Below, piece after piece: positions 24,677 through 37,897 of a stretch of DNA of 64,000 bases; the first letter of the stretch is position 1, and each line of letters opens with the position of its first letter. Made by a program: the position numbers and the translations under genes. The DNA is from Saccostrea cucullata (taxonomy: Eukaryota). The stretch covers positions 558,001-622,000 of the forward strand of contig NW_026934231.1 of NCBI RefSeq assembly GCF_032062105.1, in the 5' to 3' direction. The notes beneath the pieces were generated by a model, which was given only the letters and a program-made list of their open reading frames with translations, did not search any database and had not been told where the DNA came from.

Positions 24677-27107
24677 TTAAGTCCCAGCATACTGTACATA
24701 TTTAGGTTGAACTTTGGCGACCTTTCTGAACTCCTCTGTCAATGTTTTGGGACATTTCATCTTGCACCAGCTGATAGGTTCTAATGTGGCCCCTGTTTGT
24801 AATCACAAAAATTGGAGAAATACATATACTTGAATATTTCTGAATTCAAATTACAAACAAGAATTACTTACAACAAATTTGCTGATATAAAGAATGAATG
24901 TACCTGCTTCGCTTGTTGCCATGACAACCCCTAATTCATTTTCTGCTGTACTGAGTAGGTAAGAATGGGCATCTCCTAATGAAAGCTAGTGTACATTAAG
25001 GATTTTTTTTTTTCTTAAAAAGTAAAAATATTATTTCTTTTTTAATACATGTACATGTAAAACGTTTTAGTAATAAAATTAAAGTGTGATTCAAAGGGAT
25101 ACAACTCTTGCAATGACTATATCTCCTGGTCTGAAACACTTGTACATTTCCACCTACAATGAAAAAACTATTTTATGTTGTTGACACAAAATTTTTATAA
25201 TAAATTTTTAAATATCATGGCTTTATACAAAATGATGTTATTAAAATGATACATGTATACCTTGTCTTTTTCTGTTGCACGGACATCCTCTTTCCTTAAA
25301 AAACAAAGGTGTGTGATTATTTATTGTGTAGACTTGTCTTAATATAAGTGTGATATTTAAAGTCATTAACTTTCCCTTTTTCTTACCTGATTTGTCCCCT
25401 GAATGGCTCCTTTAATGGAATTTTTCCCACACTGAGAATCATACATTTACAGAATCTAGGATTGACATTTGTTATCTGAAACATGCAGTCATAAGCTACA
25501 TTTAGCATAATCCTGCAACAAAACACAATAGTGCTGCAAATTTTGTTTCAGTTAAAATTAAACAATATCAGATTCATACCCTTGTTGTAACAATGGCATC
25601 TAAAGAGGGAACAACATTTTGTTCTTCTTGTGTTTTCACTTGAATCAGTGACTGAAATTCAAGAAATAATTGATAAGAAATATAGGAAAAATGTAATTTC
25701 CATCTTATTTCTTTTATTTATCTGTCAGATTATAATATTTTTCTCAAATACAGTTGTACTACATTTCAAAAATTGCTGTGATTTAATTATAGTAATATAA
25801 TAAATACAATTAAACCTAGCAGTCACAGTAGAATGTACCTTTCCATCTTCATTTTGAGACGTCTGTAGATAGCCGGCTAGACTGGAATAAATATAGCCAT
25901 TCCTGGAGTAGGTACCATTACCCCCTTCACAAGTCTCTTCCAAACGACAAATCCTCTGACCTTGAAAATCAATAATTATAAAAAGACTTCGTACATTAAT
26001 ATAATAAGGTCAATGCATTTTAATAGTGAAGTCAAGAGTTCAGGTATTTCCACTGAAATTTTGAAAAGACCTGTAAGAGTAGAGGGCAAAGAAAAACCTG
26101 TTCAACAGAACTCTTTCATGCTAATCATCATATTAGAAATATAATTATTAAATATTAAATTTAGACTTGCAACGTTTGTATATTTCGTCCAAAAAAGCAT
26201 GCATTTATTAAAATAGCTTCATCCAGGGGCACTGGGAGTTAATGTAACGAAATTTATTATACTTCTGTTTTAATGTTTCCTATATTAAATTCAGAGGGTA
26301 AAATAACTATCCTTTATAGTCTACGCATAGCAAAACTATACCCCGGAGTATAGTTTTCTATCTACCCTCGGAAAATTTTCATGAATTTGTTGCCGCCAAT
26401 TTTGATTTCCAGCGATAAATCTTTAAACTGATGATGTCATAATGACTTCAGTAGCATTGTGACGTCATAAGGTTTTCAGATTATTCTTGCAGAATTATCT
26501 TACTCCAAAGAAATTCAAACCTCAGAAATTAAATTATACATCAGTATAATAAAACGCTTATCTACTGGTTGTGAGTAGAATAGCTCTTTTATCAAACCCT
26601 TGACAGGAACTATTCCCCTCGGGCAAGCCCTCGGGGAATAGTTCTCTGTCGTGGGTTTGATAAAAGAGCTATCCCACTCACACCCAGTGGATAAGTGTAT
26701 AATATAGTATGTGCATGTATATATCTTTTTTTTTTTTATATACATGCACATACTATATATTTGGACTTGACAATATTAAACTGTGACTAATTGTGTATAC
26801 GTGTTTACCAATTTACACAAATATTTTTTTTAAAAAAGGATGAAAAAACTTTAAAAAATGAAAATATTAAAATTCATTGTAAACCTGTTAATTTAATCGG
26901 GCACGAAAATCAAAAGAAATGAAACACCACGATGTAAAAATATGTTAAAATAGCTTCTTTCAGACATTTACTGTGTTTAAATTTGTAAAGTACACATATC
27001 TGAAGTGATCTGTACTTCTTGTATATCTTATGTTTATGAAAGACCAACAAAATCAAAGGGATCACAGAATTCTCAGTACCTGGTACACAGATTGTGGGCG
27101 CAGCCAT
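24677..27107 (-). CDS. EXOSC1: Exosome complex component CSL4, 8 exons
   Basis: Exons 27107-27080 (MAAPTICVPG), 25960-25839 (GNGTYSRNGYIYSSLAG), 25651-25580, 25475-25387 (ITNVNPRF...FRGQIR), 25294-25261 (KEDVRATEKDK), 25153-25103 (FRPGDIVIARV), 24985-24904 (LSLGDAHSYLLSTAENELGVV), 24792-24677 (PISWCKMKCPKT..EFRKVAK). Confidence 0.95.
24986..25102 (-). other. U12-type (minor spliceosome) intron in EXOSC1
   Basis: 5' site GTATCCCTTT; branch TCCTTAAT ending 9 nt before the exon; no polypyrimidine tract. Confidence 0.8.
26556..26703. repeat. Hairpin repeat, centre ctcgggcaagccctcg
   Basis: cttatctactggttgtgagtagaatagctcttttatcaaaccc... pairs with ...gggtttgataaaagagctatcccactcacacccagtggataag. 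Confidence 0.7.
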
Positions 27108-27357
27108 CTTTAATGGAAAAATGAACTCGTCCTCAAAAAGGGGTAATTATATTTAAAGCCAATTCATTCAAGACAAAGTGCTTAAAAATGGCCATATCAT
27201 TTCAATACAAGCATAGCGAGTTAATGTAAAATATTCCCAAAGTTTATATCTGTTCGTTTTTTACCAAAATGTTTGACGTTTAGAAGTGATCAAAGTATCT
27301 TTGGCCCCTTTTATTAAATGGGTAAGTCCATTTTACTTCCGTTTATTTGTAAACAAT
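27108..27357. promoter_or_regulatory. Bidirectional promoter EXOSC1/FRA10AC1
   Basis: Divergent ATGs are 250 bp apart; ETS-like acttccg at about 27335; YY1-like AAGATGGC over the EXOSC1 start. Confidence 0.7.
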
Positions 27358-30300
27358 ATGTCAGAAGAAAGTATAGACTTCTCAAGGGTAGGCATTGGAT
27401 TTGTTTTTTAATTAATACCTTAAAAAGACGATAAACTGGTCTCTTATTTAACAATTTTATATTTTTTCGCCCCACAGATTCATACCGGAGGAGGGTACAC
27501 CTCAGATTTTGATTCTGATGCCGAGAAAGAAAGAAGGCAAGTTTATTTTGACATAACAATAAAGAGTAATTAAATATTACTTTCATATAGCATGTTTTTC
27601 CAAGCTTGGTAACTAAAGTTATGAGCCATTATATTTTATATATACCTATTTGATTTCACTAAATATAAGAGATTTTACCTCATCACAAATTAAAGCCATA
27701 TATGGCGTAACTGATCAAAAAATATATTATTGAAAAATATAAAATTAAGTAAAGAAATATAATTAATACATTTAAATTAAAACTTTTCATACAATTCTGA
27801 ACACGGAGAACCCCTCGTTTCAACTAATAATACGATTTTATCTTCTCTGTAATGTGTTATTTATAAATCTTTTGTATTTTCTTCCGAGTCGGAGAAAATT
27901 CCGAGAATCCAAATTAAATTGTGATAACTTTATAACGCAATTGACTTAGATTTTGTAATTTAGGGAAAAGTTCTATCTTTATATAAAGTAATGATACAAA
28001 TAATAAGTTCTTATAATTTTAGTGTAATAATTTTCATTGTACATACGCCATATATGGCTTTAATTTTACCTCATGAATAATGATCACAAATTAAATCATG
28101 CAAGCAGAGAATGATAAATATGATAAAGTGATTTGATTTAGCATTATACTATAGGTATGGGTTAAATGAGATATAGGAATCTGATTTTCTGTGTATTTTT
28201 CATGTTTAACAAAGGACCAGGAGACATGATCTTGTCCCTGAGCGTCAGAAGACAACAGAAAAAGTCGCCAACAAACGAGAACTGGAAGACGAGTATGGAA
28301 GGTAGGAATGACAGCTGTGGTTACCTTGTTTGGTGTAGGGTGGTTTCGCGCCGATTACGTGTTCGCGCCGAGTGGTGTCGCACCGAGTGGTTTCGCACCG
28401 CTTATCTGGCTTCCCCCCGATTACCTGTAATTATAACTTAATAGTTTGTAATTAATCAACCCCAAGCTTTAATGTCGTGTCATGTCGGATAATTATCCCA
28501 CTTTAAGTGAGGCCATTTTTTGCCAAATGATGACAAATTTGATCGTCTAATTTGGAATAATTTAGGACTGGATGTTATAATAAATAAATAATACATGTAT
28601 AAATTTATTAAAACCTTATTGCTAGTCATGTACAAGTAACATTAATAAATACACGTGTTTAATAGATCTACTATATAAGAGAATAAAGTAAGAATACTGA
28701 TATTAAGGATATTTTAGGAAATTATACCTGCCATTGAAATCTTTTTGATCAACAATTTCCCATTTATATGCTATATAATAATTTGAATTTTGTTAATTTT
28801 CATTATAGCGGTATCTTCAGTAATACAGTGGCGCGAACCCACGTGGTGCAAATCCACTTGGCGCGAACAAGTGATAGGAGCGAAACCACTCGGCGCGAAC
28901 ACGTAATCGGAGCGAAACCACCCGCATTCCCTTGTTTAATGAATGATACTCACCCAAAGACATGAATTTTACTGATTTAATCTTCTTTTTCAGGGAAGAA
29001 GGCAAGATCCACAGAATGCAAATCCTCAGTATGGATGCAGTATCCTTTATATAATTACTATGACTTGAACAAAACAGCTATAGGAAGAGTTAGAATTCAT
29101 AATTTCTGAAAAACGAACATTCTTCCTTTAACTACCATTTTGTCTTTTTTTCTCCCTCTCCCTTAAGTGTAAATTCTAGTAATTTATTGAACTATCTCAA
29201 CTGTTGACCAAATGAGAATTCTCCCTAACAATAAATTAACTGGATGAATAAAAAATTACAATTCTTTTAATATATAAGAAAATTCTCTGTTCAAACAAAA
29301 TCTAGTTGCAATCTGAACTAATTACAAGAACTGCCTTTAAAAAAAATAGTCTTAAAATGTCATTTGTGTAACTCTGTCATTTTAAGTCACCTGTGCACAC
29401 TGAATGCAATTAACAGTCTTTCCAATTTTATAGTCTTAACAATTGTAGTACACCAGGCATAAGAAATATGTAAATGATTACATTCAGTATTATGGAGGAT
29501 CAGAAAAATTCTTCAAAAGAGACAAGTAAGAGCAATACTTTAAAAAACTGTTAAAAAAGAATATGTGTTCTAAGATGCATATAGTCACACCTCATTATCA
29601 CGAACTTGATTGAACAATGTGAAACTTAGGACTAGATATAATGAGGTTTTAAGACATAAAGAAAATGTGTTTGGGAACTCATGTAGACATATTCAAAATA
29701 TCAATTATTAATCGGGATAATGATTTTCTGGTGTGCATATAACTGATATAAAGTGAGAGTTTCAATTTTTTTTTCACAGTTCTAAAGACAAGACAGACAT
29801 GGATGTGATTAAAGAACATCATAAATTTCTGTGGGATGAGGATGAAGCTGACACATGGTGAGTCACTGAATAAGGTCCCCTCATATATTTCTTCTCTCAC
29901 AATGAAAAACCCCCCAGATATTTGATCACCTCCTAAAAGACCTATCTTACTTGAAAGCAGGGATAAAAATTCTTACTATTACAAAGAAGGAGATACTGTA
30001 TCACCAGTAACAGTCATTGGCTGATATCAAAACTTTAAAATCTTTAATATGGAATAATTTAATGTTAGTTCGATGTACTTTGACAGGGAGAAGAGGCTAG
30101 CCAAGAAATACTACGACAAATTGTTTAAAGAATACTGCATAACAGACCTCAGTCGGTACAAGGAAAACAAGGTAGAAAGGAATTATTTATAGACTCTCTG
30201 AAATTAAGATCGCAGTTCTTACTTTTGAATTCATTTTGATATGTACACTTTATACAAAGCCTGTTTTGTACACAAGGTGTGAGTGGAGATTTATAATGAG

Positions 30301-33300
30301 AGCTTTACACAAGAAGCATTATAAATTTAGATTTCTGAAAGAGAAAGGCCTTTTTTCAGGTTGCAATGAGATGGAGGACGGAGAAAGAAGTTGTAGAGGG
30401 AAAAGGTACATGTATTTATGATATTGTTAATTTTACACAAGTGTCCAGTAAAGTAGTCATAATTTTCATTTGTCAGATTGAGAAAAAAATGTATGGATCA
30501 GGAATGATCAGAAATTTATAAGTCATTGGTGATTTGATGACTCTTATACGCACATTAACATATAATACCCTAGAGATAATTTTGGATATTGTCTACACTG
30601 AGTTTATGCTTATGGGTGCAAAGTTTATGCCCATGGGCAACATAAATACTAACATGGGTATAATTATTTCAAATACTAATTTATTTTAGGTCATTTTACC
30701 TGTGGTAATAGAAAATGCAATGAAAAAAATGGTTTGAGAAGCTGGGAAGTTAACTTTGCATATGTTGAGGATCAAGAAAAGAAAAATGCTCTTGTTAAAC
30801 TAAGTAAGTGATTAAGTGGGTTATAAGGAAACTTTGTGTTGTGCATTGTCACAATGTGTAGGAAAAGGGTGAGAAAAGCATATACGAGGGTTGATCCAAA
30901 AGTAATGTCACAGTGTCCATATCTTTTATATTTGGCATCATATTATCAAATACAATATACCAAAAGATGCACAAATACAAATCTAATAAACATTGAAATT
31001 TTCATTTAATAATGTTTATTTAAATTTATTTTGTAGATGTTTAAAACATAAAGTATATGGGGTGTCACCACGTCACAACTGAACGTCACATTTTAAAGTG
31101 TTTTTTTTTTCTTAGAATGCAAAATACAAACACATTTAAAAGATTCTAAAAAAGCACCCATTCTCTCATTTTTTTTAAAATACACAATTCAAGTCATTTT
31201 CTAGTCTTTAATTGAAAATTAAATGACGGCATTGGAATTTATGATCATAAACATTACATTGTTTTATTCTCTTGAATTGGACAAAGGGATTGTCGAAATG
31301 GGGAAAAAACGGCTCGACGAGTTGTTATGCATTTTTGCTTCAAAATATGGGAATAATTACTAGCGCCAGTTACATTAATTAATTAGACTAACAGAATAAA
31401 GAATATAAATAAGAGACTTCCTTATAGATGGTTTCAGGAATTTTGGGCAGATGATGGGTCATTGAATGATCAGCAGAGGACAAGAAGACCGAAAGATAGC
31501 AGATCGGATGGAAACGTTCAATGGTGTCTGATGTTGTCAAAAATTACAGACGAATAGAGTGACATGTGAATTTTTAAGTTTGCCATATGCCACTGTTCAA
31601 AAAAATTTGACAGAGGGCTTAATTATGAAAAGAGTGAGTGTATAATGATGCAAAAAATTCTTAAAGAAAGTGAAATTGTTTGCGAATCACAAATATTTTT
31701 TTTAATGAAACGAAGGGGAAACGCTTAAAAGTATGACGTCGCGTATCCGTCATATGACGTAATATTTAGGTGCAGCGACTACCATGAACGCATGTTTAAA
31801 ATCTGATATTTTGGAAAGTATACATCATATTCCTTTGAATTTTTCAGGTCTGATTTGAAGTAAATAAAGCTTTCATCATGTATAATTCTGTTGTTTTACG
31901 ATGATTAATAGCAATGTAATGAAAGTTGTGACATAACTTTTGGATCAACCCTCGTACATCTACTCTACTAAATACCAAGATTTCTAAATGTAAAATAAAA
32001 TATGGTTTGCGACTGAGTTGTATATAATTCTGAGCTACATTGAGAATTTATTCAGATTTTGATTTTTATAGAATCAGAGTCATATTATCAAAGTCAAATA
32101 CAAAATTCTGTAAATCTTTCAAGCATGAACAAAACTTTTTTTTTGCTTGAATAAAGTTTGTAAGTACCATAAAATTCAACATATAGAGAAAGAAAACGGT
32201 GTTTATGTGTGATATTATTTGCATCTATTTTTAGGACTCTGCCCAGATTGCTCATACAAATTAAATTACCATCATAAGTAAGTATAAAGATGAAAGTAAA
32301 TATTAAAATATTTTTGAGTGATTAGAAACATTTGAAATCAATGTGTTAAAAATGCTTAGCATTTTGGATGTGTTCCCGTTTTGCACACATTTGATAATTA
32401 GGTATAGAACAATAGGTGTGAAGTGTGTTTTGATAGCAATTATAGTCTGATTTTTGGTTTGGATTTACCTGTGAATACCTGATTTAGCTTTATGTATTCT
32501 TAAGAGGTTTAATACCTCTATAAGATATAACAAATAAGAAAGAAAATAGAGAATAAAAATTAATTTCAAAAATAATGCCCAAGACAAGAAGATATTAAGG
32601 TCATCAGATAATTATAAGATCAAAGTGACGATCCATGATTGCTGCTGATCCAAGCTGGTAAAATTTTAGTTTTTATAATTTTGTGTCTTTCAATGCTAGT
32701 AAATTGTAAATACATGTAACTCTTATTTATTTAATTTATTTATTCTCTTATTTTTCACTATAAGTTCACCTTTCACCTACTAGTCTTACTAAGTATGGTA
32801 TAGACTATAGCAATTAAGTAATTATCTCACCTGGTCAAATTCCCGTTTTGCACACATTTTTTAATTACCTGTAATTCAAATGTGTGCAAAACGGGAACAA
32901 ACCGCATTTTGGTATACAAAGAATTCCATTGTATCCAAACTTTGATTGATTTTTTTAAAACATCATTTTATCTTTTTCAGAAAGAAAGAAATACTTCCTA
33001 AAAAGAAAAAGAGGGACAGACAAATTGAATCAAGTTACAAAAAGCACAAATCTCATTACAGGAATTCATCAGAGTCAGGTATACTGTAGATCATTTTATT
33101 TTCGCAACACCTTATTTTCGCGAGATAGTCACTGACTCTTGTTTAGCGAGACAAAATTTTTACAAATTGTGGTTATTGCTCTGTATAATCATAAGGAATA
33201 CTATTATACACAGGAATTAAATTTTCGCAAGCACTGTCTTGCGTAATTACGCAAAAATAAAGTTCTTGCGAATAAAAAGTGATTTACAGTAGTCAGCATA

Positions 33301-34049
33301 GAGTATTTATATAAATAGCTAAAGTATTGCCAGGGAATGAAATATTGCATATTGGACAATTTGTAATCCACATGTTAACAGATAAAGTATTGTCAGTGCA
33401 TAAAATATTGGACAGTTTGAAATGAACAAATGAACAGATAAGGTATCATCAGCACATAGAATATTGGACAATCTGTTACATGTACCGGTGTGGTAGGTGT
33501 GTAATGAATTGTTACTTGGGAATTTTCAGAAGACGCAGAACACCCTGGGGTTTCATCAAGTATGGAGAAGGAGAAGTCTAGTGAAGAGGAGAAATCTTTA
33601 TGGAGTGGTCCAGCAAAAATATCAGAGGAAAAATCAAGGTATTCAATCAGAAATTTTGTTACTTCAGAACACAACAAAGCCATGTCAAATTTTACACTCC
33701 ACTTTACCTTTACAAAAAGTATTGTCAGAGGTGATGATAAGGTACAGTACTATTGCTTTGCATCAAGATTACAACTAGTTCCTATTTTATGAATCTCAAG
33801 TGAATCATTTGGGATTGCATTCAAAAAAATTATCTGATTTTGTTCTCTTTAAGGAAAAGGGGAGGCAGTTGTAAAAATGAGAATTTCTAGAAATGGACTG
33901 AACCTATGTCAAATTAAAATGATTATTTTTGTCTAATATCCAGCTTCTAATATAAATCCCATGTACTCTCATGCTTGCTAAAATCAGTAATTTTTTTTTA
34001 TTTCAGAGAAGAAGAATTTGAAGATTACTTTGAAGATATGTTTTTATGA
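27358..34049 (+). CDS. FRA10AC1: Protein FRA10AC1 (spliceosome-associated), 13 exons
   Basis: Exons 27358-27387, 27478-27536 (GGYTSDFDSD, GC donor), 28215-28301, 28994-29039, 29449-29525 (VNDYIQYYGG), 29780-29857, 30087-30171 (EKRLAKKYYDKLFKEYCITDLS), 30360-30405, 30690-30803 (LRSWEVNFAYVE...KNALVKL), 32235-32277 (LCPDCSYKLNYHH), 32981-33078, 33530-33638, 34007-34049 (EEEFEDYFEDMFL stop). Confidence 0.93.
27694..28059. mobile_element. Kolobok-like MITE (TTAA TSD)
   Basis: ttaa|agccatatatggcgta...tacgccatatatggct|ttaa. Confidence 0.75.
28332..28929. mobile_element. Non-autonomous DNA element with subterminal repeats, 8-bp TSD
   Basis: gggtggtttcgcgccgattacgtgttcgcgccgagtgg at left, inverse at right; TSD ccttgttt at 28324-28331 and 28930-28937. 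Confidence 0.75.
29040..29448 (+). other. U12-type intron in FRA10AC1
   Basis: Consensus 5' site GTATCCTTT; branch TCTTAAC ending 8 nt before the exon; frame joins MDA|YTRH. Confidence 0.88.
30885..31954 (+). mobile_element. Decayed mariner-family element
   Basis: TA|cgagggttgatccaaaagt...acttttggatcaaccctcg|TA; remnants at about 31470-31640 resemble a mariner transposase N-terminus (TVQK.LTE.L.MKRVS-like). Confidence 0.75.
33082..33291. mobile_element. About 210-bp MITE, same family as 24386-24597
   Basis: tactgtagatcatttt...aaaagtgatttacagta, starting 4 nt into a FRA10AC1 intron. Confidence 0.75.
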
Positions 34050-34176
34050 TAAACTATATAAAATTAAACAAAATTGTTCTTGTATTTCCAATCAACCCAA
34101 GTGTTATTCCTCTCTCTTAGTCATGTCTGTATCTGAACTTGACAACCCCATGCCATAAGCCATAATCAATACCCTT

Positions 34177-35334
34177 CATACATGCCAACTTTCCCGATTT
34201 AGGCGGGATCCTCCCGATTTTACCCTTTCATCCCGCCTTCCCGATCGGGAGAGAAAAAATGGCCTAATTTCCCGATTTGAAAAAAAAATCACCTTAAAAT
34301 TTCAGATTTTAAAAGTTTCCCTACCGCTGAATTTTGACAATGGGATAACAATGTCAGACTTGTATATTCAATGCACACAGATAAGTTTCATTGTTTATTT
34401 AACCAGATGTTAATTACTAATTAGCCACAGGAAAACTTCACGCATGAACGCAAGTTGTCCAGGTACGAGTAGCTTATAGCTTGGGGCAATTAGGGTATTA
34501 CTTGTCAGTTTTAAAAAGGTGAAACACATAGATTAACGTGAAAACTGTTAGTCATTTTCTTAAAAACATAAATTAAAGACAATAAAATACTAATTAAACC
34601 ATAAAATCGGAATCCAAAGAGATCGTTTTTTGAAAACGAATGTAAAAAATTACAAAGCATAGCTGATGATTTTATCTACCTATAATGAAAACTATTTCTA
34701 AGTTGCCAATTAAAATATTATGAAAAATGAATAATATGAAAAAATTAAGATGAAACAATCAAGTGTATTTCAATTACAATTTCTTTTCCCTCCCTTCTCC
34801 CAGAAGTAATGTGCATGACTTAAAGAAATACCCACATGGCACCATCAAGCCTGACAAATTTCATGACTGTTAAAAAAAGGAATTTTCTTTTACATAGGTG
34901 GTATAAATTTCTGTAAATTTAATATAAAAAATCTCAAAAATATATGTTTCCAGAAACAGGACTTTACAGTATCAAAACTTCATATTTTTTAGCCTTTGAA
35001 AAAATGATTTAAAAGTTGTAAAATTTTCAATTTTTCACTAAATTATGTGTTCTGGTAGAAAAAAATGTTATTTACATATGTAACTAAATACCCCTTCTTA
35101 AGTGAAAGAGGCACTTATTTTAGCAGAAATATTTCAATTTTGGAAAGAAAAACATTATTTTTTGTGTTAAATTAATTCTTAAGTTGTATTGATAAGTAAT
35201 ATCAATATTATAAATTAAAAAAAAAAAATTCATAATCATTTAATTTCACGACAAAATGTCGCGAATTTAAAGCTTTGAAAATTGTCGTCATGCGCTAAAT
35301 CCCACATGGGAATTTTCAAAAGTTGGCATGTATG
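34177..35334. mobile_element. Non-autonomous element with 6-bp TSD (hAT6-like)
   Basis: TIR catacatgccaacttt / aaagttggcatgtatg; TSD accctt at 34171-34176 and 35335-35340. Confidence 0.8.
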
Positions 35335-36647
35335 ACCCTTTCTCTGTCAAGAGAAGAGTAAATTTTGAAGTCTATAAAAAAAAATACGAAGAAAATGTGG
35401 CTCTTTGACAAATTACACACATTTTTGATAAATTTCAGACAACTCAGTGTCATATAATATTGATTATGTTAATAATGAGAGTTTATTTCCCAAAACAACT
35501 CCATCTAGAAATTTGCAAGCTTTTTCTATAATTCCCCTAAAAGAGCCCACATACAAAAATCACAAGATTTATCTAACCAATCAGGTCAGTTAACAATCTT
35601 CGAGGTTTCAGCAGTTGTGTTTACATACAGTAAAGATTTGTTCATACCTCCACCTCCCCATCCACCAACCATTTTCTTGGGTAATAGACATGCAAAAAGG
35701 GTTCATGATGTTATTTGATTGTGTCTGTTATGGTTAGTCTAATATTTTTGTGTGATTGTCTTGGCATATTACTTCATGGTATGTTTACCATTCCATTTTT
35801 CCCAAGCATGGGATATTGTACATGTACGTATATCATTCAGCATTATTGTTGAGTACTTATGTTATGACAATTATCAAATATTGCACATAGCTCATACTTA
35901 GGTAGGATTACTCTGCTCTTTACACAGGTGCTAGTGAACATAGCTCAAAAATATAATGAATCATGTGAGCATGTCTCACGTTAGTGCCTTAGTGGACATA
36001 GCTCATATAGGCAAGATTTCCTTGCCCTCAGCCTTCCTGTATCAGGTGCTAGTGAGCATGTTTCATATAGGCAAGTTTTACTTGCTCTCAGCCTGTTGCT
36101 CATCCAATTCCAAAGAGTAAGTTCTATCTTGTTAAGTAATTCGAGTCTTCTTTTTTATGCTGCTGATAAATACTTAGATCACTTTGTGTTCAATTACATA
36201 GCTGCATGAGCCCTATAGGCAAGTTTTAAATTTAGATTAATAAATGATGAAACTTGATAACTTCTTTGTTGTTTTGGGGTAAAAAATGAACACCTTTATT
36301 TTGTTAATTACACACAAAAATATAATGTCATGTCAGGTTATGTAAAACACCTCCTCATTTCACACAGTCTGTGGCACTTGTTGAATTAATTTAAAAAAGT
36401 TTCTATACCGTTTTTCTACTTGATTTGCTTATATATTCAGTCATTTGAGTATCAAGATAATTCTTTGAAGTCTCTTTTTAAGAAAATCTTTTAACATTTG
36501 TACACCAACGATAACTAACCGTAACTGTTCTATCCCTTGTTAACTACCGAATTAGTTAACTATAGCCCCCCCCCCCCTCTTGAAAATCAATGTTTGTTAG
36601 ATAACTTTATATCTAGTACAATTATTTATCCAGCATATCTTTAGATC

Positions 36648-36998
36648 CAGTGGCGTAGCATCGCTTTTGAAAGTGGGGGGGGGGGGGGGCCAGCCAAAGG
36701 AAAAAATTTTTTTTACTTACCTGAAAAAAAGTTGACAAGCAAAAAAAAAAAGGAAAGGGTTGCCCAAAGTCGAAAATCCTATTTCGTGGGGTGGGGGTGG
36801 GGGTAGGGGGTAGGTAAACTTTTTCTCAGTGTCAACTACATTAAGTACCAATTCTAATACTACATTTTCGGTAATTCACTAAAAGTGAGGGGGCAACCAG
36901 GCTTTCAATTAATATTTCCTGTAGTGGAAGTAAGGTTGGGAAAAAAAGTGGGGGGCCGGGGGGGGGGGGGGGGGGCTGGCGATGTTGCTACGCCCCTG
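36648..36998. mobile_element. Poly-G-containing MITE, 5-bp TSD
   Basis: TIR cagtggcgtagca / tgctacgcccctg; TSD agatc at 36643-36647 and 36999-37003. Confidence 0.75.
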
Positions 36999-37897
36999 AG
37001 ATCATGATTTCAACAATTTGTACTACCTAAGTAACCCCCCCCTCCCGGAAAAGGACCTGGTCTATTCAGACAATGACTTTTTTTAAACTAGTGGTTCTTG
37101 AACATGTTCATAGTTTACAGACAAACAGACAATGGAGATAAAAGATCACTTGAACTTTCAGCTCAGTAGTCCAAAAATTTTACTTGGCAATCGTAATAAA
37201 GAAAAATCGTAAAAAATGCCTGGAAACAGATATTTCGGTCTATATATCAGCTTAGACGAGGTAAAAAAGAAAAAAAAACTAACAGGAGGAAATGGAAAAT
37301 ATAGCAATATGGGCAATTAAGCAAAACTCATACTAAGGACTTTAATTGTTTCTCATTGTAAATAGTTATCTCGTTAAAATAAGATATGTTTATTATAAAA
37401 ACTTTATAACTCTATAATAAGCAATATCCTTTTAATACCCAATATAGAACTAATACATTATGCTATGTCAGCTAGAGTACAGTACTTGATAACGAATCAC
37501 GATGTTTTCTGCCTGGTACTACTATGTAATAATTTCCGCTTCAGTACCAGGAATTAGAAATGATATATATTCATTTTGTTTAACTTTTATCTAATCATTC
37601 CTTTTTTTTCAACTGACGTGATCTTGGATTAATTACAAATCTCACTGCAGTTTAAATTATTGAGAGTTGTAAGTATATACATCAATTTATGAATAAATTT
37701 ATTCTAAAGTTTTAATCGTCCAAATAACCAAATTACAGATTTGTTTTAAGTTCGCCCAAATCATCCAGCAGCACAGAATTTACATCTTTATGCGTACTAG
37801 TGAAAGTCGCTGATCTTTAATTCTTATTCGACGTTTCTTTTTCCTTGTGTATGCACAATCATAATTTCGTAATTTTTCACTTTCAGCCTTAATAATT

